Source: Styela clava
Lineage: Eukaryota
Assembly: GCF_964204865.1 (NCBI RefSeq)
Contig: NC_135261.1
Span: 4,154,001-4,218,000 of the forward strand
DNA: 64,000 nucleotides
Direction of reading: 5' to 3'
Shown: piece by piece, positions 1 to 11,700 of the stretch
How the letters are laid out: each line of letters opens with the position of its first letter
Position numbering within the stretch: the first letter of the stretch is position 1
Made by a program: the position numbers and the translations under genes
Notes under the pieces: model-generated
Database searches by the model: none
Seen by the model: only the letters and a program-made list of their open reading frames with translations
Told to the model about the DNA's origin: nothing

Positions 1-1004
1 AAGGGAAAACCAAAAGTAAACCTAATAGTTTTAATGGGATGTTTCCATTCTGAACAAAACTGCAGACAAGCCAACGCTGAGACCTGAAAAACTAATTGTT
101 GGAATAACCGATACCAACCCGGTTTAGCATTGCCTACCCAGTTGATGGTTCTCCTGTAGTGTGTGTACCAACCAAGTCAGGGTTTGGCCATAATTTTATT
201 CCGATTTTCCTTATTTTAGTTCTATTACGAGTTTGGGGACTGTCTGTGTTAGCCAAGTGAATATACTCCCTGCCCATAGGATTCAGTTCCTTGACACAAC
301 TTGATGTAAAGTGAATGAAAATCGGAATAAAATTATGGCCAAACCCGAACCTGGTACACATATTACGAGAGTACCAGTTATTCCATATACCTATTACCAT
401 GTCGTGTATTACTAATTCGCAAATTTGGTTACAGAGACAGGGCCGTATCAAGCCCTTTGGATGCCCTGAGCATTAAAGACTTTGAGGTTCTATTTATAAA
501 AAAAATATTATAATATTAATAAAACTGGTGTTCCAGGACCAAGTTAGTGGAGTGGAGGGCCAAGTTATGATTAATTCGTGTGTGTGTGGGGGGGGGGTTC
601 TATTCATAAAACTTATAGAAATGTTGAAAATGATACTTGAGACAAAAATAAGTAGGAATGTAATTTAGCCGGGTCAATATTGAGGTATGTGTCGTCTGAC
701 CAACTCGAATTGTTTTATTAAACACTGGACGCAATTGCAAATTCGGCTATGAAAGTCTGTAGCGCCCCTTTTTCTTGGTGCCCTGAGCACGTGCTTATCT
801 GTTTAACCCAGTCATGTATAGAGACATAAGCTATAGTGTCTTGTTCTCTCGCTATATTTATTGGCCACAGCCATGAAGTTTGGATAAGCTTTAGACATTT
901 CAGTATTCGCCACACAACTTCGATCACAGACGAGTCTCCTTTACTTTGGAGTGAGTGTTTGTAACTTTGCCTTGACCAAATTTGAGCAAAAAACGAAGCG
1001 TTAC

Positions 1005-1111
1005 CTGGCTTTTGACTTGGATGATTGGAGTGCTGATGTGGGTGCGATGCGTCCCATCGCTGGCATGTCTTCCCTGATATGGTCTGAGTCAAGTTGCCAA
1101 CGTAACCGTAT
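1005..1111 (-). CDS. PAN-kringle gene exon 7 (kringle 2, part)
   Basis: [35 protein letters not shown], donor GTAAC. Confidence 0.9.
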
Positions 1112-4100
1112 CTGTGTCAATGGTAGGAATGTAGATTATATCATAACACCATGTAGAGCAGTAATTCGCAACCTTCTATGGCTAGTTGCTCCCTTCCGGT
1201 GGCTTTTAGCACCCATGACCCCTGTTTATCATCCCAGTGGTATTTTTAGTGTTATTTGGATTCGTAGATTCCAAATCCCAATGTTCAAACAATTAATGCT
1301 CTACAAACTGAAGATATCCAAACCAGGAAGAACGAGTTTCCGTAAGAGAAAGGAGTCAAGGGAAAAGTAAAATCAGTTTTGCGTCTAGCATTGTGACCTC
1401 GACCAAATGCTCTATGGCTTCTTTGGAAGGCCACGGCATCACGGTTGGAAACCACTGATGTAGACAGTGGTCATGGAATGCAACCACTTATTGAATAATA
1501 TCTAGCGTTAGGATCCCTTGTAACTGTTAAGTCGTGTTGCTGTTACAGCGAAAGGAAAGTGTTATACCAAAAAATTTAAAAGACAAATGGGCTCTAAAAC
1601 AGTGGTTTCCAACCGGCAGCTATTGGCCCACTAAGTGGGCCACAGAGCGGATGAAGCGGGGGGGGGGGGGGGGGGGTACCATTCCACGCACAAAACTGAT
1701 TTCACTCTTCCTTTCCTACAAAACTTCTCGTTCTTCCTAGTTTCATTACTTGATGAAGTTATTTAACTAGGTGATTACTTTTGTTGAGCATAAATTGTTT
1801 GAACATAATGGGATTTGGAATCTACCTATCAAAGTAACACTAAGAACACCACTGAAATGATAAACAACGGGGCACTGAGTGATAAAAGTCTGAGGAAGGG
1901 GGCCACGATATATAAAAGGTTCAAAACCGCTGCTTGAAAGAATAGTGTGGCGCAATGAAATGTCAAAATTTTCTACCGTTTAAAAGCAGAAGAAAACATA
2001 AAATTAAATATACTTCGAACATTTACATCAAATGTAAAAGTATTACAGGAAATACCACATAGTAAAATTGAATTATTTAGTTGTACAGATTATTACAACC
2101 CTCTAACTAACTAATCTGTTAACCTCAACCGAATTGCACTGAACCAGGGGTGTGCAGCCTGCAGCCCGCGGCCAAAATGCCGCCAACACGGAGAAAATGG
2201 ACGGCACGCAGGGAAGGGCCAATTTTGAATGGTGTGCGGCCCGCAAAACACATTTTTAGGATAATCTAGTACGTGCGAGTAATTCAAATTCCTTTGCGTT
2301 GCAGAGCCTATATCTGAGTTAAATGATGACAGTACGGGTTAGTACGGGTTCAAATATCCGTAGGTGCAAATTTTCATAGGCGGAATATTATGCAGGTGCA
2401 ATTGTCGTGGGTTCAAATTACGGGTTCAAATGTGTAATGAAACCGAGTTCAATTTACTCTATCTGTGTCTATGACAATATCAAACTTGTGCATTCCGTAG
2501 GATCAATAATCAAAACTACTGCAAAATCTATGTTAAATAAAGGTGGTGCCCGCGGTTTCACCCAGTTATTTGTATCTGGCCCTCCTGTCATAAAGGTTGC
2601 ACACCCCCTGCAATAAACTAAGATAGAAATCAGAAACAAAAATGATCTAAAATCATTTTTACCCGTTGCAAATGTAACATTCTTTTGGTATAGGCTCCGG
2701 AGTGGTTGTGGATTCGGTTTCAGCTCGAGGAGTAGTTGTCTTCGGCAGCAGTTCTATGATATAAAATAACTGTCAGCCAGTGCTAAATTAACTATTAAGC
2801 AAAATAAGCAAGTGCTGAGGGAACCACAAAAATTGCCATAGACGATTTTTCAATGTTGCATCAATGTTCAATGAAATAATTCAAGTTGATTTGAGTCTAA
2901 CTTTTCGACTGCGGACCCCTATTTGTGAATCTTAGTTTTGACGGAACCCAGTCCTCTGTCGCATGAATTTCTGTGCTTAACCGACGAGGAAGGATAATGT
3001 TTCATTTACAGCCCAACAAGACAAACGACATTAAACTAAAATAAGAACTTGAACATTTTGGGTACATCACACTCTCTTCAGATACTCAGTACAAGAAACA
3101 ATACAAGCACTAACACGAATAGATCGCTCGATGAGCAGAAAGACACATTTGATAACTCATTTTTTTTAAACCAGCATTTTGGATAAACAATGAGTTGTTT
3201 CAGGATGTCATAAATATATATGGCGCATCTGTAGTATGAGCATCAAGATGGCGGACACCTGGACATGTGTACCACATGTGTTAGGGTTAGGCTATAATCT
3301 TATTGCAATTTTCCTTATTGTAGTTCTATTACCAGTTTGGGGACTAGCCAAATGACTCCGGTAGTATTTGTAACTGCAATTATGGCCTAACCCCAACCTA
3401 GTACACATACTACGTTCCGGTGCCCGCCATCTTGTTGCACATACTACGGGAGTACCATATATATATGGAAGTAATAGCGTATTTATCAGACACTCATATC
3501 TTGAATATTATACAATGTTGGAGCAACTTTGCCGTTCGTTATAGAGAAATGCGAATTTGGCCAATCAATATAAACAAAAAAAATAAAACTAAGCGATAAC
3601 TGCGATTCTTCTCAAAAACGAATTAACCGCTTAGTTACCAATTGGGAAAATTTATGTTGCTTCAGTCGTTAACTATGATATTTGACATTGTCATATCGTG
3701 TCCGTCGTAACACCACTTATGAATTCAATTTTCATTACGTTGGGATATAGAGATTTGTTTAATAAGATTTGTTTTAAAATAATTGTAAATGGTGTGTCAA
3801 AAGTAAATTACACTTTTATTCTGATTTGCATTTCAGGTACTCATCATAGAGCGTTCATTTCTCCAGAAAACATAGTATGTATCAGTAGTAAAATCTTGGT
3901 ATTGTTTGCATTTTTTATCAACCCATAGAATGACAAGAAGGTTAATCCAAGTTAAAAGTTAAATGGAAGTGTATACTTACTTACTTTTTAGACGCCCTGT
4001 ATTATTTTAAATTGAGTTTTTTTTTCTGTTTTTTTTTTACTGGCTGTTTTATCTATTTTTTATGTATTAAATAGCTTAAATACATATCTACTAACGAACC

Positions 4101-7100
4101 TGAACACTTTGGCACATCACAGTATTCCCATCTTTTTTTCTTATTGGTTGTGTAACACCAGATACCACCGGAGTCCATGTCTGGGTTTCTGCAGAAATTC
4201 TTATGCTTTCCCGCATTACTTGGCCTACAGAAGTTTATTTAATAAAAATTATTAGAGATATATGGAAATAACTCAAGAGGTATTTGCTTGTACAGGTGCT
4301 TTTCAGACTTTCTGTGTATTTAACCCACTTTTGTTGAATTTAGAATAGTCGCCGTACAGACTGACCAACAAAAATCGAACCCGTAAGTTTCCCAATTACA
4401 CAAAATCGACAAAACGAAGGAATATCGATTTAATACTTGAACCCTTTCCTCTCCTTCGTAATAAATATGTAAATTCTATTCTATACATAACCTCACCTGT
4501 AAGTGGGTCGGTGAGGTGAATTCTTTGACCATCTCTGACATTTTATTCCACTTAGTGTCTTAGATTTCGTTCCTCTGTACTTGACGCCTAAAGGATCGTC
4601 GTCTTGGATACATTGAGTAGTGTCTCTGACAGGCTCGTCTGAAATTTTTATACAAATTAGAGTTTGAAAGACGTTCCATGATGTATACGCGAGAAATGTT
4701 CATATAATGATCAGTCTGTTATACAGGATGTTCATAAAGTCGCTTTACATTTTCAGTTTTGTTATGAAGTCAGTTTTCAAATTATCTCAACCAGGTTTGT
4801 TGTTTTTTAATCAGTAATTTTTCAAGTATTCTTACTTCATTTATTACATCTGTGAGGGCCAAAAAATGGTATCAATAAATTCCCTTTGCAATTTTGAAAT
4901 TTGTCGTGACTCTATGCATGAACATATGTTGTTGTGACGGTACCTATGCAAAACAAATTCCGCGAGCCCCTGAATGGATAAATAATTCATTTTTATATAA
5001 ATTCAAATGATACGCATTTTACCCCAAACAAGGCCCTATATAAGCAGTCACTGATATGTGAAGAATTACCTTTATTTTGGAAAAAATTCGAGTTCGGGGT
5101 ATTTCCGTAGTGTGTGTACCTGGTTAAGGCTAGGCAATAATTTTATTCCAATTTTTCTTATCGTAGCTTCATTACGTGTTCGGGTACTGACCATGTAATT
5201 TTGAAGCGAGAAGTTACATTTTATGAACATTGGCTCACAGGCCGTAGTTTGCCCAAGTCAGCTTGACCACTAGTCCACTGCGCCAAGGAGCAAAAGTGAA
5301 ATTTAACCGAAATTAGGAATCACTGGCCTAACGTTTTACCCCGGGGATGAGCAAGGTTTTTAAATCAGGGGTCAAAATTTTGCCTACCTAGGCTGGCGGA
5401 GTAAGTGTGATGTTAAAAGTAATATTTTATGAACAATATTTAAAGTGTTACAAAAGAAAGCGGAAAGCAATAGACCTCGTGGTAAAACGAAATGTAATCG
5501 CAACAATTTCTTTATCCCTATCTTTCAGATGAAACATCAAAATTTGGTTTTAGTTTGGTTGTGGCAGCATCAGGCGACCCAGGTTGAAATACCCAACGGG
5601 CCATATTTGGCCCGCGGGCCGTAGTTTGCCTATGTCAGCTTAACCACTAGTCCACTACGCTCCAGAGCAAAAGTGAAACTCCTGCGCTTTACCCAAGATA
5701 AAATAAAATGTTCAAGTTACCTCCGTCCAGCAACATAGTGAATATAGTGAAGCCGGCATCTCTTATAAACTCGTCGAAGTCAGAACTTAGACTCTTCGTT
5801 GTACTGTCATCGTAAAACCAACACCTCATGTTTCGCTTACGCACGACGAACATCCTGTGATAGAAAATGCAAAGTATGAATACTTTGTTTATTTCTTATG
5901 ATTCATTATGAGTCATCATAGTCGAGATGAATGTTATAGTTTGAAGCGGAAGTGTGCAAACAGCGGCACGCGGGCCAAAAGCGGCCAACAAGAAAAAATT
6001 GTGCAGCCCGCTGAGAAGTGCCAAATTTGAATCATATGCCCGCGAAACGAGTTTTTAGAGCAATTCTAATCTATTTGCATCGCAAATCCTGAATGCCACT
6101 GTCATATCAGCAAAAACTAGCTCGCAAAATTCTTTTGTAAAATACTCAATGTTATAAAAACGTGTTTCTCGCCGAATTCGTTTGAAGTCGCTTTAACAAT
6201 AAATTTGAATATCAGTTTTCTTTAGAAATTTATGCGTTTTATCTCACCATTTCTGCGAGAACCCCTCTCAATGCCGTAAGATCAATAGTACTACAACTAA
6301 ATAGGCTAACATAAATAAAAGTGCGGCCCGCGGGTTTACTCAGTTACTTGTATCTGGCTGAAGGTTGCACACCCCTGGTTTAAAAAACTGAAAAAGTTGG
6401 AATTGTAAAGAACTTTATGGACACCCTGTATAACATTGATCTCGAATATGATGAATCATAATAAAATGCAAACGCGTTTTAAACCAATTTTGTTACGATA
6501 GTACAGGGTGTCCATAGAGTCCCTTTACAATTTCAATTTTGTTATGAAGTCAGTAGTTTTTTAAATATATAATAATCAGAACTCACGTAATTCGAACCTG
6601 CAATGCCGGGTAAGGCAAGCGCAAGAGCGCAAATAGGTGTGTTACGATTAGAACAATGTGTCAATCGTCGAGTCATACTTACTTACAATTACTGAATAAA
6701 AAACAACAAACCTGGTTAATTTATATTGAGAACTGACTTTGTAACAAAATTGAAATTGTAAAAGGACTTTATGGACACGCTGTACATTGACTTAATGGCG
6801 ACTACAGGTCAAGAATGATTAAGCACATGATTAAGTCGAACCTGTAATGCCGGGAAAGGGAAGCGCCAAGATGTGGAATAGCAAAAGTGTTACTATTAGC
6901 ACAATGCGTCAAACGCCGAGTCATAGTTTGTCTCGGCATTGGATTGGGACTACGTACGTGCAGAATTAGAATATTCGTATATATCACAGGAAAACTAAAC
7001 CTCATAAAACGAATTTATCATATGGAAAACCATTATCCGGTTACCAGTCGGGTATGAGAAGGGTTAACCAGTCATTAGTATGATATGTAGGGTGTCCATG

Positions 7101-8794
7101 AAGTCTTGAACTTTTTTAAAATTGCGAAGAGAATTTATCGAACCCTATATATTATTTGTCCCATACAGATAATTTATTACATGAAGTAGAAGGACTTAAA
7201 CAATTACTGACTAAAAGACAACAAACTTTAAGATATATTGAGAACTCCATAACAAAACTGAAATTGTAAAGAGACGTCACGGACACCCTGTACATTGACT
7301 TGATGGCGACTACAGGTCCAGAAATCCACTCCCACATAAATAAAACTCACGGAATTCGAATCGGCAATGCCGGAAAACGAAAGCGCAAGAGGACGACATG
7401 ATTTGGCCCCGCGTCCCCCGTGTTCGGAAAATTCGCCGTAGGATATTTCGCCGTAGAAAACTCGCGCAGAGAATTTCGCGCATAAGGTTAGATTAGTTGC
7501 TCTTAAATAACGAATCTTTTTTAAATAAAAAGATACTTTAAAAACCGTTGTTTAAAAACTGTTTTATCACAAATACTTGTTTAAAGCAAAATGCACTTGA
7601 AGCGATTTTTCATGAGGCGGAATTTTATGCGGCGAAATTTCCTGCGGCGAGATTTCCCACCGCGAAATTTCCTGCGGCAAAATTTATTGCGGCGAATTTG
7701 TCTAGAACCATTTAGGCTTACTTACGTGCATTTTATGGAGCTCAATCTTTGGCATACTTGGGCACAAGCCTCAACGCTGTCAACCCCACTCATACGTCTT
7801 TTAGGTTTCATGCGTGATACAGGGCGCTGGTTCTCGTGTCGTCGATAACCTCCTATGTCTCCCAACGCATCTAAATTTTTGAATAAAAACAATAGAATTT
7901 TTTGTCAAAATCCCCCTGCAAACAACACCCCCGCCACTGCACAGAATAAAAATATTAGTAGTTTATCTATTGAGGGTTGGGAATGCAAAGTGCGATGAGA
8001 ATTTTTTTTTTAAATCATTCATAACCCAAATTAAATAGTGATCGTACTAATTTGGATTTTAAAACGTGGCGGAATGTTTGTAGGGAGCCCCCGTCTAAGG
8101 AACACAATTGTTTGTGGCTTTCCAGTTTGAGTTAGGAATGCAAATTGCGCTGGAAATTCAAATTTTCAAATCTTCTCTATCTCTCACCCTAATCTCAACT
8201 AGGTAATGACTAATTCGTTATTTTAACGTGGCGAGGGTGTTTTCCGTTGTAATAACGTACAAATATCTAATTTCAACAACAGTCGTTATAAATTGTCAGT
8301 CAATGGCCAAGGGGGCGCATTTTTAAATCTTACCATGAGCGCAATTTTACGTAGATACGCCACTGAAAGCATCCCAGCCCTTTCAGAAACGTCGGAGCTC
8401 TTTACGTTTCAGCGATTTTTGTCTAAAGACAAGCTAATTAATTGTGTTAGATGTTACAAACAGTTTGCCACATAATTAATTTTTGATGGCCCATTGAATA
8501 TGATGCGTGAGTTTGCCCTCGTGCCGATAACCTCATCCAGGATGCAATAAACAGGATTAGTCGCCTCGGAGAAAATTCTTTCAAAAACACGATATATTTA
8601 TATATAAACACGAGGTATTTATATATTGTTGCTTGTTCAGACTTTTATTCATAACAATTTTTATTAATTTTTCAAATATTAAGTACTTCATTGGCCATTC
8701 ATGAATTAGATATAAAGAAATTTGACTCACCCACAGATACCAGCACAAGTGAAAAAGCGAACAGTGACAGCGCCGTCCTTATTAGACGCACCAT
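1005..8794 (-). CDS. Secreted PAN/apple + kringle protein (plasminogen/HGF/MSP-like), spliced, 3'-partial, 7 coding exons in window
   Basis: Exons 8731-8794, 7726-7870, 5721-5854, 4497-4638, 4100-4224, 2663-2753 and 1005-1111 join in frame through GT-AG introns. Product: signal peptide [24 protein letters not shown] domain ([31 protein letters not shown]), kringle 1 ([44 protein letters not shown]), Thr/Pro linker, then the start of kringle 2 ([30 protein letters not shown]). Confidence 0.92.
2146..2610. mobile_element. hAT-type MITE (CAGGGGTGTGCA TIR family)
   Basis: CAGGGGTGTGCAGCCT...AGGTTGCACACCCCCTG; degenerate 8-bp TSD CACTGAAC/CAATAAAC. Confidence 0.75.
2325..2444. mobile_element. Internally deleted copy of the same MULE-like MITE, nested in a hAT MITE
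   Basis: Shares GGGTTCAAATATCCGTA/GGTGCAA repeats with 42879-43065; flanked by GAGTTAAAT/GAGTTCAAT. Confidence 0.7.
2663..2753 (-). CDS. PAN-kringle gene exon 6 (Thr/Pro linker and start of kringle 2)
   Basis: [29 protein letters not shown]; phases match both neighbours. Confidence 0.85.
3222..3456. mobile_element. Palindromic MITE, family A, long form
   Basis: Same TIRs and TTAGGG core as 59690-59925. Confidence 0.78.
4100..4224 (-). CDS. PAN-kringle gene exon 5 (kringle 1, C-half)
   Basis: [33 protein letters not shown]. Confidence 0.92.
4497..4638 (-). CDS. PAN-kringle gene exon 4 (kringle 1, N-half)
   Basis: [38 protein letters not shown], donor GTGAG. Confidence 0.92.
5721..5854 (-). 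CDS. PAN-kringle gene exon 3 (PAN, C-half)
   Basis: cacag acceptor, [17 protein letters not shown]...[10 protein letters not shown], donor GTAAC; phase 2 in, phase 1 out. Confidence 0.85.
7088..7292. mobile_element. Tc1/mariner-type MITE, family B
   Basis: GGGTGTCCATG...GGACACCCTG ends with TA flanks. Relatives near 4721-4925, 6502-6784, 9743-9956, 17755-17907, 19866-20072, 53546-53745, 58531-58738. Confidence 0.75.
7418..7710. mobile_element. Foldback/MULE-like MITE with inverted arrays of 15-bp repeats
   Basis: Left arm AATTCGCCGTAG repeats, right arm TGCGGCGAAATTTCC repeats, AT-rich centre; no clear TSD. Confidence 0.6.
7726..7870 (-). CDS. PAN-kringle gene exon 2 (PAN, N-half)
   Basis: tttag acceptor, [15 protein letters not shown]...[14 protein letters not shown], donor GTAAGT. 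Confidence 0.85.
8731..8794 (-). CDS. PAN-kringle gene exon 1 (signal peptide)
   Basis: ATG at 8794-8792, [21 protein letters not shown], donor G|GTGAGT. Confidence 0.85.
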
Positions 8795-11700
8795 CTTTAT
8801 TTATTTCTATTCAACACTAAAACTGTTTCAAAATATAAAGTTGATTTAATAGCAACTCTTTGAAAAACACAGGCTGTTTTAAAAAAACCTTGTTTGAAGT
8901 GAAGGCGTCAAAATATAGCATAAGGGAATTTACGGAACTTGCTACTTGAGCAAGTGAATAATTTTTCAAAACTTATCAGCCTATATTGCTGAATAAAAAG
9001 TGGATGTGAATTAGAATTGTTTCTAAATTATTCGCAAGTTTTCTGACTGTCAAATCAGTTATGGGGTTAATCATACAAGCTTTTCATTTTGACTCAACGT
9101 GTTCAAATCGATGCTAATTATACTTGGGATAGTTTCTGACGATGCTACAGCGTTCTATTGCTTGCGTTCACTGCATGGGCAGGGCCACTTCTAACTTCAT
9201 GCGTTTGCGATAGGACGTATATATAAGATATAAACTCTTATTATTATTCAAATTATCATCACATCTGATAAACAAGTTGATAAAATCGCAGCTGATTAAA
9301 TGAAGTAGCCTATATTTTAAGATTTTCAATAGAAATCTTTCATTCGAATAACGTTGGGCGTTATAATTGGCATCACTTTACACAACAGCTAAAACATGAA
9401 ACACGCCATGAAATTGAAGTTATTCTGAACCATAATGCTTACTAAAACAATATCTCAAAGAATGCCCAATTAAAGCCGACCGCCTAACGACATAGCAAAT
9501 TTTCTAAAGTTCCGTTTCTGATTAATAATTTAGAACATGTTATCAAATCAAATAAGTTAAAATAAAGACATCCGATCCTATTGAGTATCTGCTGTTTTCA
9601 AGCTTCTTCTGTATTCTATTGGTTATTAGTTAGATAAATTTTTACCATGTTGTATCTCAATAAAGAAACATAGTTTTCGCTAAAAAACGTAATTATAACT
9701 TCGTTATGAATTGGTCAGCAAATTTTACCTATATATATATATTTTCATAAAGTCCTTTACAATTTTCAATTTTGTTATGTAGTCAGTTCTCTTAATATAT
9801 CTTATAATATATCTTAACCAGGTTTGTTGTTTTTAATCAGTAATTATTCAAGTATTTTTACTTCATTCAATACATCTGTGAGGGCCAAAACAATATATGG
9901 TATCGACAATACCCCTACGCAATTTCATATTTTTTCAAGACTTCATGGACACCGTATATGAGCGCTACTTTCTTTTACTTTAGTCTAAAATAACCATTTT
10001 ACTTTCCTCTCGAAATTTAACATCAGACAAACTCTCGTCATAAGTTATGCTAATTCCATATCAGATAAGCATTCGCCCCGACTAATGACCACACTACGAG
10101 ATTTCATATATTCGATATTTTGAGAATGAAACGGCAATTCTTACATTAGGCTACTTCAAATTGAATAACACTCAAACGTACCGTACAACCCTAACTGTAT
10201 AATTACTATTTTTCTCATTTTTAACGTTGGTGGAGGTTTGTACAAAATATTATTATATCGCAAGCATTCTGGTACATGAATTATAAAGGAATCCATCCTG
10301 TATGACGAATATTCGATTTTCAAAATGTTGGCATTTTTTTCAAGACCTTCCAATGTTTTAATTGTTGAGCTAAAGGTATTAACTTTCTATCACTTTTAAA
10401 TATCCTGTGTATCGCGCACCAAAGCATTACATACACAAGTTAGGTTATCCATTAATCCCTTAGCGTTCGCCGATAAAACAGCGTAACTATGCTACGACAA
10501 TATCACTTTTGAAGATCCATCCGCTTCTGTTTCAACGAGCAATCACACTTTCGCTAGCAGATACCGATCGCGCAAAGTCGCTGTCATTCAATGGCTCATA
10601 CAAGGTACTACTTGCGTTTAAAAAACGGGAATTTCTTTCCAATTAAGAGAAGTCTTTCCGCTGCGTTTCATGCAAAGTTTCGAATACGTAAATCAACCTG
10701 AATGACCTTTTGGTTCGCGTACAGTTATTATGTATAGCTCTCCCGATTGCAGGTCAATTACACAAATCTTAACCTATTTACTCACTATTATGTTTGCAAA
10801 TCTGCTTGACTTGAAAACATAGCCTAATCATCGTATTACTTCAATTCAGGGATGTGCAACATGCGTACCGCGAGCCAAAAGCGCCAAAAGTAAAAATTGT
10901 GCCCCCGCGAAGTAGTGCCAATTATATATGGTACGCGGCAAATCCAGCGTGTGCAAATCGGACAGCGAAAATTTTTGTGCCTGCAACAACTTAAAAGCCT
11001 TTAATTCAAATTAATTTAAAAAAAACAATCAGATCTCCTATGATTCCTGAAAATTTCAGAAACGAATAAATATAATACTCCCGGCGAAAAATACAATTAT
11101 TAACCACTAAACATTTTAAAGCAATTAGTCCATTGGTGAATGAGAAAGGCGATTTGTTTCATAACAACAACAAGAAAAATACCAACAAGAGCAATAAAAA
11201 TAACAACATAATAGCAAAACGATCCATAGGGCACTTCCTGTCCACTAAAAACAACACTGAATACTACAAAAACGAGCTAATGTTCGTATTAACGTAACCG
11301 TTCAAGCGAAATTGTGTTTTAGCAGATTGTTGATTTTCAGTGATTACGAAATTTAATAAATTAAGCCTAAACTAATGTTCTTAAGGATTTCAATATCGTA
11401 TTTTAGTTTTCAACTTTTGTGTTTGAATTAATGATTTTCCAGTAAATCATTCAGAAGCTTATGCAATTATGTGTATATACCGTGTTTCCCCGAAAATAAG
11501 ACCTAGCCTGAGTTTTAAAAATGATTCCATTGAGCCTTCCCTTGAAACAAGACCTAGTCGATAGCGCGAAATTTGTTTTTGTAAATGAAAATAAAAGACC
11601 CCTAGTGTTATTTTTTTTTAAAAAATTGAAATAAGACCATGACTTATTTTGGGGGAAACATAGTAATTGTAATCAAAAGAATATGGCAATCAAAACATTG

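Noticed and set aside
30-83. tttcag acceptor near position 84 as the next kringle exon
   Set aside because: The in-phase reading (GLSVGLSAVLFRMETSH*) lacks the NYCRNPD kringle motif and stops; the real exon probably lies beyond the window.
134-451. Recurring ORF-track peptides such as [30 protein letters not shown] (also 32230, 41493, 44329, 51527, 54135, 56397)
   Set aside because: They are translations of MITE family A copies, with variable frames and stops, not a protein family.
7591-7848. ORF with RRNF repeats
   Set aside because: Produced by the 15-bp repeats of a foldback MITE, and it runs antisense into real exon 2.
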